Below, piece after piece: positions 45,956-55,692 of a stretch of 64,000 nt of DNA. The translations under genes and the position numbers were made by a program. The first letter of the stretch is position 1. Each line of letters starts with the position of its first letter. The notes below the pieces were generated by a model. It had not been told where the DNA came from. It was given only the letters and a program-made list of their open reading frames with translations, and did no database searches. The DNA is from a bacterium (lineage in GTDB: Bacteria > Patescibacteriota > Minisyncoccia > Moranbacterales > UBA2206), in the NCBI GenBank assembly GCA_030654225.1, contig JAURXY010000015.1, positions 397 to 64,396 of the forward strand. The letters are read 5' to 3'.

Positions 45956-47779
45956 TTATTCTTCATTAAATTCTTTCTTGGCTCTTTCAATTTCCAGCAT
46001 TTGCGCTGGATCAGTGGTGATTATCTGGTCTTCCGAATAGGAGGCTACCACTTTAATTGCCACATGATTGGTGCCGGCGAAAAAAATTCCTTCTCCAACA
46101 TTAGATTCAAGAAGCAGAAATTTTTCTTGATCAGTAAGATAGAATGTTTCACTGATAACATCCACGGCTGCAGGCGATTGTTTCAAAAGCAGTTGAATGG
46201 AGGAATTGGTGACAATAGCTTTGCCATAGCGGGAGCTCAAAAAGTCGTTGACATCCTGAGTGACGGTGGTGAGTCCCGTATAATATTTTCGACAACGCTT
46301 AGCAATTCCAAAAAGAAAAGAAGCGGCGTCATCATATTTCATCATCACCCAAGCTTCATCAGCCAGAACTAATCTTTTTTTGAGGTTAGTGCGCATTTCA
46401 TTCCAAATAAATTGCATCACCATATACATAGCAATTGGCCTGAGTTCTTCTTCCATATCGCGAATGTTGAAAACCATCATTGGATTGTCTACCACAACAT
46501 TGGTAATGTTATTTAGAAAACCGGAAAAAATTCCTTCAGTATATTTTTCCATTCTAATGGCTAAATTTTCTCCACCATCCATACTGCGCAAAATTTGGTA
46601 TAGATCAGACATAGTTGGATAGGCTTCTTTGGTGAGAGAGTTGAAATTAGTTTCGGCGGAAATATCTCGAACAGCATATGTTTCCTTGATGGCTCGTCCA
46701 AGAATTGAATCTTCTTCTGGTGTGATGTTGCCGAGCATGATGTGGAGTAGTCCAAGAAGATTGGCAATGTTATTGCGCAATACATCTTCTGGATCTTCAT
46801 CTTCTTTGATGTGCGGAAGGTCGAAAGGATTGATGTGATTGTTAGAGTTAAGAGAGATTTTTATGAAAGTTCCGCCCACTGTGTCACAAAGATGTTTATA
46901 TTCATTTTCTGGATCAATAATAATCACATCAGTTCCCATCATAAGAGATCGAAGCACTTCCAGTTTTATAGTATAACTTTTTCCAGCGCCAGACTTGGCA
47001 AAAACAACCATATTGGCATTTTCCATTTTGAAACGATCAAAAATGATCAAGCTATTGTTATGGCGATTTATTCCATAAAGAATTCCTTCGTTGGAAGACA
47101 GTGTGGAAGAAACAAAAGGAAAAGTCGTAGAAAGCGGAGCGCTGTTCATACTAGATCCTATGTCCAGTTCATCATTGGCCAATGGCAATGTTGAATTGAA
47201 ACCTTGTTCAGATTTGAAGATAGCAGGTTTCACATAGACTAGTTGAGCTTCCAAAATAGCTTCAATTGAACGAGTGATATCAGAAAGTTCTTTTTCGTTT
47301 TCGCCGTAAGCGGTGATATAGAGTCCAAAGCGGAAAAATTTTTCTGTGCCTTGTTGCAGATTGCTTCGTAGTTCATCAATGTCTTGAATGGCAGTTTCAA
47401 GAGCGGGATCACGAATCATACCTTTTTCTTGTTCGATATGAATTTGTGATTCAACTCGGGTGGCATTTTTTTTGAGATCTTTCAAAATATCATAAGTTTC
47501 AATCGGGTGGACAAACATTGAGATATCGATTGGCAAATCGATATTAATAATTGGAGAAAACCAATTGCTATTGAGAAAGCGTGGATAAGCCACCACAAAA
47601 ATAGTTTGTGCCAATGTTTCTCCGACACGAATGAATTTTGGCATTATTTTTATCGCAGCGGGAGCCAGAAGGTCATTGAGACGCGAAACGCCTTCTTGAT
47701 AGTATTTTTCACCCTCAAGAATCTCGTTGGTTTTAACGGGCGGTTTGGGGTTGGTATTTTTTTTGAATAGGTGGAACAT
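45956..47779 (-). CDS. virB4: VirB4-like type IV secretion ATPase
   Basis: AKSGAGKS, IIDPENEY, INPFD, DEAW, RKY..G....TQ motifs. Confidence 0.9.
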   Translation of the reverse strand: MFHLFKKNTNPKPPVKTNEILEGEKYYQEGVSRLNDLLAPAAIKIMPKFIRVGETLAQTIFVVAYPRFLNSNWFSPIINIDLPIDISMFVHPIETYDILKDLKKNATRVESQIHIEQEKGMIRDPALETAIQDIDELRSNLQQGTEKFFRFGLYITAYGENEKELSDITRSIEAILEAQLVYVKPAIFKSEQGFNSTLPLANDELDIGSSMNSAPLSTTFPFVSSTLSSNEGILYGINRHNNSLIIFDRFKMENANMVVFAKSGAGKSYTIKLEVLRSLMMGTDVIIIDPENEYKHLCDTVGGTFIKISLNSNNHINPFDLPHIKEDEDPEDVLRNNIANLLGLLHIMLGNITPEEDSILGRAIKETYAVRDISAETNFNSLTKEAYPTMSDLYQILRSMDGGENLAIRMEKYTEGIFSGFLNNITNVVVDNPMMVFNIRDMEEELRPIAMYMVMQFIWNEMRTNLKKRLVLADEAWVMMKYDDAASFLFGIAKRCRKYYTGLTTVTQDVNDFLSSRYGKAIVTNSSIQLLLKQSPAAVDVISETFYLTDQEKFLLLESNVGEGIFFAGTNHVAIKVVASYSEDQIITTDPAQMLEIERAKKEFNEE

Positions 47780-47783
47780 AGAC

Positions 47784-48470
47784 TTATTGTAATTCTAATT
47801 TTTCTACATTTTTTAACTCTGACGCGTTGAAAATTTCTGGGTTGTATGAATTGAAAAGCAGTTCAATGAGTTCTTCGGTTTTGAGTGGAGCGATGCGCAA
47901 ACCAATTCCAGAAAGAGCGGCGATGATGTGATCAACTCTTTGAAGAAGTTGATTTTTGTAGGTTTCAAAATTTTCATTTTTTTCGATGATATTTTTTTGC
48001 GGATTCATTAGACTGCCAATGTTTGAGAAAAATCCCTTTTCTTTATTTTCAATGGGAGAAAATGGAATGATAATATAAAAATTCTTTTCCATAATATTGG
48101 AACCACTCACGAGTTGTTCGATGAAACTTCTATATTCAGATAATTGCAAACGAAGAAGTTCACTCGGTTGGGTTTTTTCTTTGCTCACAATGAAATCGAA
48201 ATATTTTCGCATATCTAGTTTTCGCGAGCTCACAAGTATTTGTACTGGAAAATCTACAGAGTTCAAGAAGTTTTGATATTGATTGATGATTGCTTCTTGT
48301 TCTTGGGTTGATTTCAAATCAAAGTTAATTGCCGACACAGCCAAAACAGAGCGCATAGCGCCTGATTTCAAAATAACTGTGTCATCTTTGACTTCTGCCA
48401 CATCCAGATATTTTTGAGTTGGCGAAGAGGACGGTTCGGTAGAGAGTTTTTTTGAGTGTAAAAATTCCAT
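47784..48470 (-). CDS. TraC/VirB4 N-terminal-like T4SS protein
   Basis: INFDLKS..EQ.AI...Y..FLNS.DFP.QI, L....YNP; between prgI-like and virB4. Confidence 0.75.
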   Translation of the reverse strand: MEFLHSKKLSTEPSSSPTQKYLDVAEVKDDTVILKSGAMRSVLAVSAINFDLKSTQEQEAIINQYQNFLNSVDFPVQILVSSRKLDMRKYFDFIVSKEKTQPSELLRLQLSEYRSFIEQLVSGSNIMEKNFYIIIPFSPIENKEKGFFSNIGSLMNPQKNIIEKNENFETYKNQLLQRVDHIIAALSGIGLRIAPLKTEELIELLFNSYNPEIFNASELKNVEKLELQ

Positions 48471-48540
48471 AGTATCAATAATCAATAATCAAAGAACAAC
48501 AATCAATGATCAATAAATACAAAATAAAAAAATTCTGTCT

Positions 48541-48960
48541 TTATTGTTCATTGTTCATTGATCCTTGTTCTCTGTTTAATCTTTTTGTTAATTCTTCTAT
48601 TTTTTTATTATCTAAAACTTTTCTTTTGACAATAGTTTCTTCTTTAGGTTTTTGGATTTTCTTGTTTGCTTTCATATTATCATAATATCGTTTCCAAACA
48701 TAGACCTTAGGTTTCATAAAAAAGTTTACTCCGGACATTAGAAAGTTGAGAAGTGGTTGATTGTATGGTTTGTAGAAAGCTAGGGCGCCAAAAATTCCCA
48801 AAGTGATAATGGCTACGGGAAGAAAAGTAGAAAAAACCAAAGTACTCCAAAAAATCAAAAGCAAAACCCCGGCAATTCCAAGCCAGCCAAGTTGTTTGGC
48901 AGTGAGCGGACCGACGATCTTATCTTCGATGTCGATGAATTGTGGGACGTTAAACAACAT
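48541..48960 (-). CDS. PrgI-family (VirB3-like) protein
   Basis: VPQFIDIEDKIVGPLT.KQ, two TMs, PK.YVWK. Confidence 0.85.
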   Translation of the reverse strand: MLFNVPQFIDIEDKIVGPLTAKQLGWLGIAGVLLLIFWSTLVFSTFLPVAIITLGIFGALAFYKPYNQPLLNFLMSGVNFFMKPKVYVWKRYYDNMKANKKIQKPKEETIVKRKVLDNKKIEELTKRLNREQGSMNNEQ

Positions 48961-48989
48961 AATCAATGAGCAATGAACAATGATCAATA

Positions 48990-49382
48990 TCACGATTCAT
49001 TACTGGGTTTATTATTAATAGTGTTTATACTGGACCAAAGCATTTTGCTTACTTCTTCAGCATTATTATAAAAATCCATATAATCTTCTTTATTTATGTA
49101 ATTTCTCTTATACGCGAAATATATTTGGTATTTTGCTTCAGCACATGATCCGTAGGCAATTTCTAATTGATTTAGAAATACTTTGCTTCTGTTTCTAGAA
49201 TATCCCTCAATAATATTTGATGGGACTGAAATTAGGGCTCTTCTGACTTGAGAAGTTAGGCAATATAATTCTTCTTTTGGAAATTTATATGTCAGATCAT
49301 AACCCTTGTGCGCCAACGCATCAGCTTTTCTTTTTAGAATATCTTTATCTCTTATTGTATTTTTTGTGTCTATATTGTTCAT
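48990..49382 (-). CDS. Four-helix-bundle protein (23S rRNA IVP/Avd-like)
   Basis: Y..T..FP.EE.Y.LTSQ.RRA..SVPSNI.EG..R......L.IA.GS..E. Confidence 0.92.
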   Translation of the reverse strand: MNNIDTKNTIRDKDILKRKADALAHKGYDLTYKFPKEELYCLTSQVRRALISVPSNIIEGYSRNRSKVFLNQLEIAYGSCAEAKYQIYFAYKRNYINKEDYMDFYNNAEEVSKMLWSSINTINNKPSNES

Positions 49383-49392
49383 TGCTCGTTGA

Positions 49393-50754
49393 TTATTGAT
49401 CCTTGAGGTTGACTATATTCCCCGGTGGAACGTTGCTGTTTCGCAGATTTTGTGAGGAAATGCGCATTGGTTGCGGACTCGGAACTGGTTTTTGGGGTTG
49501 TTGAATTGGCTGAGGTTGAATCGTTTGTTTTTCATATGGCAATTTTTGCGGAGAGCTGAAATTTATATTGCCTGCATTTCTATTTTCTGTGGCTAATCTT
49601 TCTTCTTTGAAAATATCATTCGGTTTTGTTTCTTGTTTTTGAAAATTATAAACTTCTTGGATATTTCTTTGCGGTGCTTGGAATTGCGGATTATTTATTA
49701 TTGTTCCTTGTTCATTGATTCTTGTTTCATGTTTCGGAAAAACAATTTGCTTAGTATTGACATTAACATCCACGAGTGAATTTTCATCATAAGCTTTCAA
49801 AAGAAAAGAAATTTTTTCGCGGTCAGTTGAATTTAGGACTTTGGCATTTTCATTGCGAAAAAGATATGTTCCGCGATCCATAGCGCTGTGTGATTCAAAT
49901 CCCAAACTAAATGTATAATCTGAAAGCCAATTGTTGATTGATGGTCGCACAGGTTCTGGAAAATTTTTGAGTTTGATGCGCATTGAGGTGATAAGTTGTT
50001 CGCCGAGTTCGGGAAATTTTTTGAGAGCGTCGGAAAGGGAAAGTTGTTCTATTCTTGATTGCTCTTGTTGATTATATGGATTGTATTCTTGCGGAATATA
50101 ATTATGTAGAGTTTGAGGTTGTGGAGATAAATTATTTTGTGATAACTCTGCTTCGGAAGGTGAAAAACTTAGAATTTCATCAAGAACTGGCCCAGTAGCT
50201 GGTAATGTAGTGATAAGTAAATAATCATAAGTATGAATCAATTCTTTTAGTTGGCTTTTTTCAATAGGATTTAGTGTCGTGGCATTTCGATTTGTGTTTA
50301 CAAAATCAACGCAAGCAGATAAATTTCTAGTTTTGACATTATAATTCTTTTCAAATTCAGTTAACCATTGTGAGACTGTAAGAAGCCCAAGTTTTTGTTG
50401 ATTTTCCATAAGTGCTCGCTTGAGTTTTTCTCGAAGTTCGTCACGAGGAATTTCTGGCACAGAAAAAAGTTTCACAGTTAATCTATTTTCCATATCAATT
50501 TCAATTCTATATGATTCCAAATAATAATTGCGAAATACATTAACCACTTCTTCATCAGACAATTGAGGAATAGCGACAATCTTTAGATGGATTAATAATC
50601 TTTGTAATTGTTGAAATAAAGGAGGATTATTTTTTTGAATATCTGGAGACATTAAAAAACTTTCTAATTCTTTGATTAGTTTTTTTGCTACTACATCATC
50701 ATAATGACGAATAGCATCTTGAGATTTTTCTAAAAATTGATTTGAAAAATTCAT
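49393..50754 (-). CDS. Hypothetical protein of the T4SS locus
   Basis: 453-aa ORF with Q/P-rich linkers, co-oriented in the operon. Confidence 0.72.
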   Translation of the reverse strand: MNFSNQFLEKSQDAIRHYDDVVAKKLIKELESFLMSPDIQKNNPPLFQQLQRLLIHLKIVAIPQLSDEEVVNVFRNYYLESYRIEIDMENRLTVKLFSVPEIPRDELREKLKRALMENQQKLGLLTVSQWLTEFEKNYNVKTRNLSACVDFVNTNRNATTLNPIEKSQLKELIHTYDYLLITTLPATGPVLDEILSFSPSEAELSQNNLSPQPQTLHNYIPQEYNPYNQQEQSRIEQLSLSDALKKFPELGEQLITSMRIKLKNFPEPVRPSINNWLSDYTFSLGFESHSAMDRGTYLFRNENAKVLNSTDREKISFLLKAYDENSLVDVNVNTKQIVFPKHETRINEQGTIINNPQFQAPQRNIQEVYNFQKQETKPNDIFKEERLATENRNAGNINFSSPQKLPYEKQTIQPQPIQQPQKPVPSPQPMRISSQNLRNSNVPPGNIVNLKDQ

Positions 50755-50772
50755 TTTATATTTGTATATAAA

Positions 50773-53055
50773 TTAGCCCTTTTTAATTCTATCCGCTTGT
50801 GCACGTACTGGATCCATTCCTTTTCTTTCTCTTACTCTATCGGCGAATTCTCTGATTATTTTAGCTTGTTCTGGATTCGCTTTTACTGCTGGTATTTCTG
50901 GAGTTGTTGCTGTTGCTGCTACTATGGGTGTGCCAGCTTCAATTTTGTTTGCATATATATCTATAGCTTCAACTTGAGTTATTAATCCGTCAAAAAAGTC
51001 ATCTCGTACTCGATTTAATTGATCAAGAACGGCCGTATTTAGTTGCTCTAATTGAATTTCTCCAAACCTATGAAGTTTGCCAGCATTACCATCAGTATCC
51101 TGTTGAAGAAATGAATTCCAATGCCATAAGTCAGTTTTTGTTTGCGCTTTAATGTTCTTTGCTTTTCCACGAGATAATTCTATTTGTTTATCATCAGATG
51201 TTTCGGCATAATTTCCTTTTGCATCGATTGCACTCATGCCATATAATTGATAATTTCCTTTTCCATAAGCGATTTCTCCCATATCTGCAATGTGTTTGCC
51301 AGCTTCTGATTCTTGCATTCCAACTTTCTTAAGTCTTTTAAATAATTCTCTTTTTAATTCAAATGGATCCATAACAAATCCTTCTTCCTTGGAAAAAGAA
51401 TTAAATTCATTGGTTTTGGCGATAATTCTAAGCATAGCTGCCATCTTTTCTTTGTCTTTGGCTTTTTCAGCCATTTTATATTCTCCATAGATATAAGCGA
51501 AATCAGTACTCACTGCTTCGGCATCTTTTTCATGCTGAGCAACCAATGATTGAATAGCTGCTTCGCCGTGTCTGGATTGGCGGTTCATCCATTTTTTTGG
51601 ATTTACTGTCCAAAATCTATTGAGAGTATCTCTCCAATTGCCAGTTGCCGGCCCAAAAGCTTTTTTGTCCAATTCTTCTTCTCTTTGTTTCCAAGCAGTC
51701 TTTAGTGCTGTTGGACTAAGATATTGCAATGGGCGAAAGATTTTATTTTTTGATCTTCCAGTGCTAGCCAATCCTCTATCTGCTTTATGACCAAGCCATT
51801 TTGCAGTTCCCTTCATAAACCCTTGCGCTTTGCCGACGACGGCGCTTCCGGCTGAGCCACTCATTTCTTTAGCAATGCCTAAACCTATCCAGAGGATTAT
51901 AATAGGAAGGAAAAAAAAGGCAAGCGTGGCAATGTACTCTGGATCGGAGGTACTCTTATTAGCTAAGGTTTCCATATCTAAAATTCCATTTTTTTGAATT
52001 TCATTCATAAGGGAAGATGCAATATACATCATAAAAAGCATAATCGGACCAAAAAAAGAATAATCAAAAAGTTTTTTCCACCAATCGCTAGAATGTTTAG
52101 CCAGTGGCGGAACGGCAGCACCTACAAAGGCTAATGAAGAAAAAATAATTAAAACTGCCAAGGCGAGAGTGCGGATGACAAAAAGAACGGAAATAGTCAA
52201 CATAGTCACCATAAAGATGAAGACAAAAACGACCGCTGCCAAAAGACTAGCCGTATCTTTTCCTACTGCTGGATGCATTATGCCTGGCAAATTAGAAATA
52301 CTGGCAAAGCTAACAAAAGTATCTACTTTATTAGAGCCTATTTCTAGGACAGTGACAAAGTAATACATCAGCATATTAGAAGTATCAATGATGAAACGAG
52401 AAATTGGAAAACTGAAATTAACTAGAAGTGCCATAAGGACAATCTTTAAAAGTGTATTTTTGTAGTTATATTTGTCAATTTGAAAAACAGTAGCAAAAGC
52501 AGAAAAAAGCAGGAACATAATGAAAGAAACATTAAGTGCATCGCGCACCAATGCCCAACCACCATAAATAGCCTCACTACTAAGAATAGAACTGATACTA
52601 TTGGGTTCCATTATCCATTTAAAAAGAGCGCCAGCTAAAATTGTTAGCCGTACAAAAAATTCTAAAAGAGTAAGGAGGGTGCAGTCTATAGGGTCAAATA
52701 CAAAAGAACAGGAGGTGGAATTTCCAGGGTCTTTAACTACTGTTTGAGTTTTTTGATCAGTAGTGTTAGTTTTTTGATTAACTGGATTCCATATCATATC
52801 TCCACCGCCATGATTTGATTGTGATATTGTGGCTGCAGCTATACAAGCACTTTTTGTCATAGTTCCTAAATTATCATCAACTGTTAACGGTAATCCTGAG
52901 GCTGCATCAAATTCTGTGTATCGATTATAACATAAGCCAAGAGTAGTATCATCTTCCTCCGCCTCCGCCTTCTCCCCTTTCCCAAACCCAAAACCAAGCA
53001 CTAGGCAAAAAATAATTACTAATATAAATTTGGTTGTTGTTGATTTTTGTTTCAT
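50773..53055 (-). CDS. VirB6/TrbL-like polytopic membrane protein
   Basis: GW..VRD..N, ALLVNFS..I....ID, R...L..L...S, WW..L......P. Confidence 0.75.
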   Translation of the reverse strand: MKQKSTTTKFILVIIFCLVLGFGFGKGEKAEAEEDDTTLGLCYNRYTEFDAASGLPLTVDDNLGTMTKSACIAAATISQSNHGGGDMIWNPVNQKTNTTDQKTQTVVKDPGNSTSCSFVFDPIDCTLLTLLEFFVRLTILAGALFKWIMEPNSISSILSSEAIYGGWALVRDALNVSFIMFLLFSAFATVFQIDKYNYKNTLLKIVLMALLVNFSFPISRFIIDTSNMLMYYFVTVLEIGSNKVDTFVSFASISNLPGIMHPAVGKDTASLLAAVVFVFIFMVTMLTISVLFVIRTLALAVLIIFSSLAFVGAAVPPLAKHSSDWWKKLFDYSFFGPIMLFMMYIASSLMNEIQKNGILDMETLANKSTSDPEYIATLAFFFLPIIILWIGLGIAKEMSGSAGSAVVGKAQGFMKGTAKWLGHKADRGLASTGRSKNKIFRPLQYLSPTALKTAWKQREEELDKKAFGPATGNWRDTLNRFWTVNPKKWMNRQSRHGEAAIQSLVAQHEKDAEAVSTDFAYIYGEYKMAEKAKDKEKMAAMLRIIAKTNEFNSFSKEEGFVMDPFELKRELFKRLKKVGMQESEAGKHIADMGEIAYGKGNYQLYGMSAIDAKGNYAETSDDKQIELSRGKAKNIKAQTKTDLWHWNSFLQQDTDGNAGKLHRFGEIQLEQLNTAVLDQLNRVRDDFFDGLITQVEAIDIYANKIEAGTPIVAATATTPEIPAVKANPEQAKIIREFADRVRERKGMDPVRAQADRIKKG

Positions 53056-53057
53056 AG

Positions 53058-53146
53058 TAGCGATGCGAATAATGCGAATAACATGCGAATGATGCGAAAT
53101 TGATTAGCGATGCGAATGATGCGAACTGCATGCGAATACCGCGAAT
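53058..53146. repeat. TGCGAA(T) tandem repeats, left arm flanking the GxxExxY gene
   Basis: Eight (T/C)GCGAA units; TAGCGATGCGAAT 53058-53070 is the perfect complement of 53589-53601. Confidence 0.85.
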
Positions 53147-53157
53147 GGTTAGGATGA

Positions 53158-53541
53158 TTAGACTTTACTGTTGATGACTCGTTTGGGTTTTAAATAGGAT
53201 TCTCTGAAATTAATAAGCAAACCTAATTTTAATTTTGATGAAACTAAATATCTTTGCATTTGTCCATAGTCTTCTTTGGTGATAAACTTTTTTGCCTTAA
53301 AATCAATTAATAATTTTTCTTCGATTATAAAATCTACTATATTACCATTGATATCATTATTTTCTAATTTATTTAGTGCAAATTCCCTTTTGTATTTTAT
53401 CTTTTTTTCTATCAACCATTTTTCAAATTCATCAGAGTATTGTTTTTCTTTGCAAAATCGTCCTAGTCTATCTTGAATCTTAAAACAAATCCCAACAATC
53501 TCATAACACAAATCTTTATAAATTATTTTCTCTGATTCCAT
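53158..53541 (-). CDS. GxxExxY protein (PD-(D/E)XK nuclease superfamily)
   Basis: LGRFCKEKQY, DFIIE....I.FKA, Q..RYL......LGLLINF. Confidence 0.88.
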   Translation of the reverse strand: MESEKIIYKDLCYEIVGICFKIQDRLGRFCKEKQYSDEFEKWLIEKKIKYKREFALNKLENNDINGNIVDFIIEEKLLIDFKAKKFITKEDYGQMQRYLVSSKLKLGLLINFRESYLKPKRVINSKV

Positions 53542-53560
53542 TTTTTTATTTTTTGTATTT

Positions 53561-53601
53561 TGTTCGTTGCATTCGCATGTGTTCGCATATTCGCATCGCT
53601 A
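53561..53601. repeat. TTCGCA repeats, right arm flanking the GxxExxY gene
   Basis: GCATTCGCATGTGTTCGCATATTCGCATCGCTA. Confidence 0.85.
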
Positions 53602-54522
53602 TTGTTTGACAGCATTCACTCCAAACCTCGCGGCTGGTCCGTAGGTGGTCATAGCTTGATTGGTAGCATTGGTATATTTGGTCACGCCGGCGGTGGCCTT
53701 GGCGGTTTTGGAACGAACACTCACGAATCCTTGTGTGATAGATTGGTTGATCATTTGAGTGACCAAGGCAGTGGTTACTTCTGGGATGCTGGAGGCGGCC
53801 TGAAGAATTTTGTTGGGCATATCTTGGGCGTTAGCCATTAATTCTTTGGTCAAAATACCAGGACTTGTAGCTGTACCGGGGAAACCTTGATTGGCTATGG
53901 CTTTATTTTGAGCAGCAAATTTCTTATTTTCAAACACTCGTTGTTGTTCAGCTTGAACAGCAATCTTAAAGCTCCAAGGATTGTTGACGCCAGAAAGATA
54001 GAGCTCCATATTTTTGAAATTGCCGGTTTGAAGCATTTGCGAAGGATCACCTTCATAGGATAGTTCTGGATTCTTGGCTTTACCCAAAATTCCTGCTGCT
54101 TGTCCAAGTTGGGCACCATAGTTGGCAGGACCGGAAAATCCTTCAGTGGAATAGAGTGAAGAAGAATTTCTTCCGCGAGTCATTTGGCTGATGTAGTCAT
54201 TCATATAGAGATTGGTTTCATTCATCGGTTCATCAACAAGATATGTTTCCCAATTAATGATGAAAGTCGGCTCGCCATCGGCGCCACTTCCCGCCAGTAT
54301 ATCCACTTGCGAGTTCAACATTTTGACAGCCTGTTGCTTCAAGGTGCCAACGATAAGACCATTGACCATTTCTAGAATTTTTTGCAAACCAGATGTGATT
54401 CCGGGGTCAACTGCTGGCCAAAAAGCTGCTTGAGATTTTGGTATATTATAAAAACAAAAAACAAACAGCAAAAAACCGGATAGAACTGTTCTTTTTATAA
54501 TTTTATTTTTAGTTGAATTCAT
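53599..54522 (-). CDS. Secreted hypothetical protein of the T4SS locus
   Basis: Signal peptide; P.FI.NW..YL and I.SPG-like motifs; helical. Confidence 0.7.
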   Translation of the reverse strand: MNSTKNKIIKRTVLSGFLLFVFCFYNIPKSQAAFWPAVDPGITSGLQKILEMVNGLIVGTLKQQAVKMLNSQVDILAGSGADGEPTFIINWETYLVDEPMNETNLYMNDYISQMTRGRNSSSLYSTEGFSGPANYGAQLGQAAGILGKAKNPELSYEGDPSQMLQTGNFKNMELYLSGVNNPWSFKIAVQAEQQRVFENKKFAAQNKAIANQGFPGTATSPGILTKELMANAQDMPNKILQAASSIPEVTTALVTQMINQSITQGFVSVRSKTAKATAGVTKYTNATNQAMTTYGPAARFGVNAVKQ

Positions 54523-54526
54523 AATT

Positions 54527-55558
54527 TTAGTTTCCGAAAATATCTGCGCTTATCCCTTTGTCTTCCAATTTGCTTTGCACTTCACCATAATCGACGCCGT
54601 AACTTTCCAGTTTGCTTTTTATGTTATCATAAAAACTATTCAAACTTCCCACAAAGGTTGAGATTTTGGAATAGTTGGACAAATTGGCTAATGGATCAGT
54701 TGGATCAAGTTTGATTAGATTTTTCAATTCCTGAGCATACAGTGCATATTGCAAAGCCTCTATTTGCGTATCGACCATATCCTCTGGTACGGGCACTTCT
54801 TTTAATTGTTCATAAATTTTCTTTCCGCTTTGACTCAAATCATTGAGAATATCTGGATTGCCGGAAGCAAAAGATAGTATAATTTTTTGAACAGTTTTAT
54901 CAATGATTGAAATGACATCCGTGGAAGATGTGAGGGGATCCGGTGAGTTGCTGGCAAAAATATAAAGAATGGCCACGGAGTAATTGACAGCATCTTCTCT
55001 CATTTTTTCTTGGGCTTTTTCTTTGCTCAAATTTCCATAATTTTGTTTCAAAATTTTTATCTCATCTTTGGAAATTTCTGGTAATTCACTTTTGAAATTT
55101 TCTCCATTCATAATAGAATCAAGCAGTGTTTGAATTTCTTCGGTGTCAATTTCTTGATTTTCGGCGTCACTTTGATTTGTTAGGGCGGATATTTTCTGCG
55201 CTGTTTCTTGGGTTAGGTTAGGTTTTTCTTTTAGGGTGTTTAGCGAAGCCGTGGTACTTTCTCCTTTGACGCTAGCTGTTGGTGAAACAGTTAGTTTGTC
55301 CCCAGGGGCTTTTTTTAGTGGGTCGTACCCTGCTTTGATTTCGGCGCCGTCAGAATATCCATCACCATCTGTATCTGTTTTTTTCGGATCAGTGCCATAA
55401 GTTTTTTCTTCCGCGTCGGTGAGGCCGTCTTGATCACTATCAAGAAAAATATTTTTTGTGCCATTGGAATTTTCTTGGGCAGTCACAAAAAAAGCCAAGC
55501 TCAAACACAATAAGCTCACCAAAACAATTAGGGTTGCGTTGATATTTTTTAGTTTCAT
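54527..55558 (-). CDS. Secreted protein with calcium-binding (TSP3-like) repeats
   Basis: DSDQDGLTDAEE..YGTDP...DTDGDGYSDG.E...GYDP; start MKLKN. Confidence 0.78.
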   Translation of the reverse strand: MKLKNINATLIVLVSLLCLSLAFFVTAQENSNGTKNIFLDSDQDGLTDAEEKTYGTDPKKTDTDGDGYSDGAEIKAGYDPLKKAPGDKLTVSPTASVKGESTTASLNTLKEKPNLTQETAQKISALTNQSDAENQEIDTEEIQTLLDSIMNGENFKSELPEISKDEIKILKQNYGNLSKEKAQEKMREDAVNYSVAILYIFASNSPDPLTSSTDVISIIDKTVQKIILSFASGNPDILNDLSQSGKKIYEQLKEVPVPEDMVDTQIEALQYALYAQELKNLIKLDPTDPLANLSNYSKISTFVGSLNSFYDNIKSKLESYGVDYGEVQSKLEDKGISADIFGN

Positions 55559-55692
55559 AATTGCAAATAAATTATACCACAAAAAAGAAAAATTTAAAAC
55601 AAATTTTAGGGTGTGGATAAGTTTTTGTAAATATTATTGTTAATAGACTTTTTCAAAATTCTTTGCTAAATTAGGTATGTGAATACTGCCTT

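Noticed and set aside
48990-49382. Diversity-generating retroelement suggested by the Avd-like gene
   Set aside because: No reverse transcriptase and no TR/VR pair with adenine-specific mismatches seen.
53058-53146. Possible CRISPR array (also considered for the 64-bp repeats at 14739 and 15427)
   Set aside because: Units are 6-11 nt without unique spacers; the 64-bp repeats are ~690 bp apart; no cas genes.
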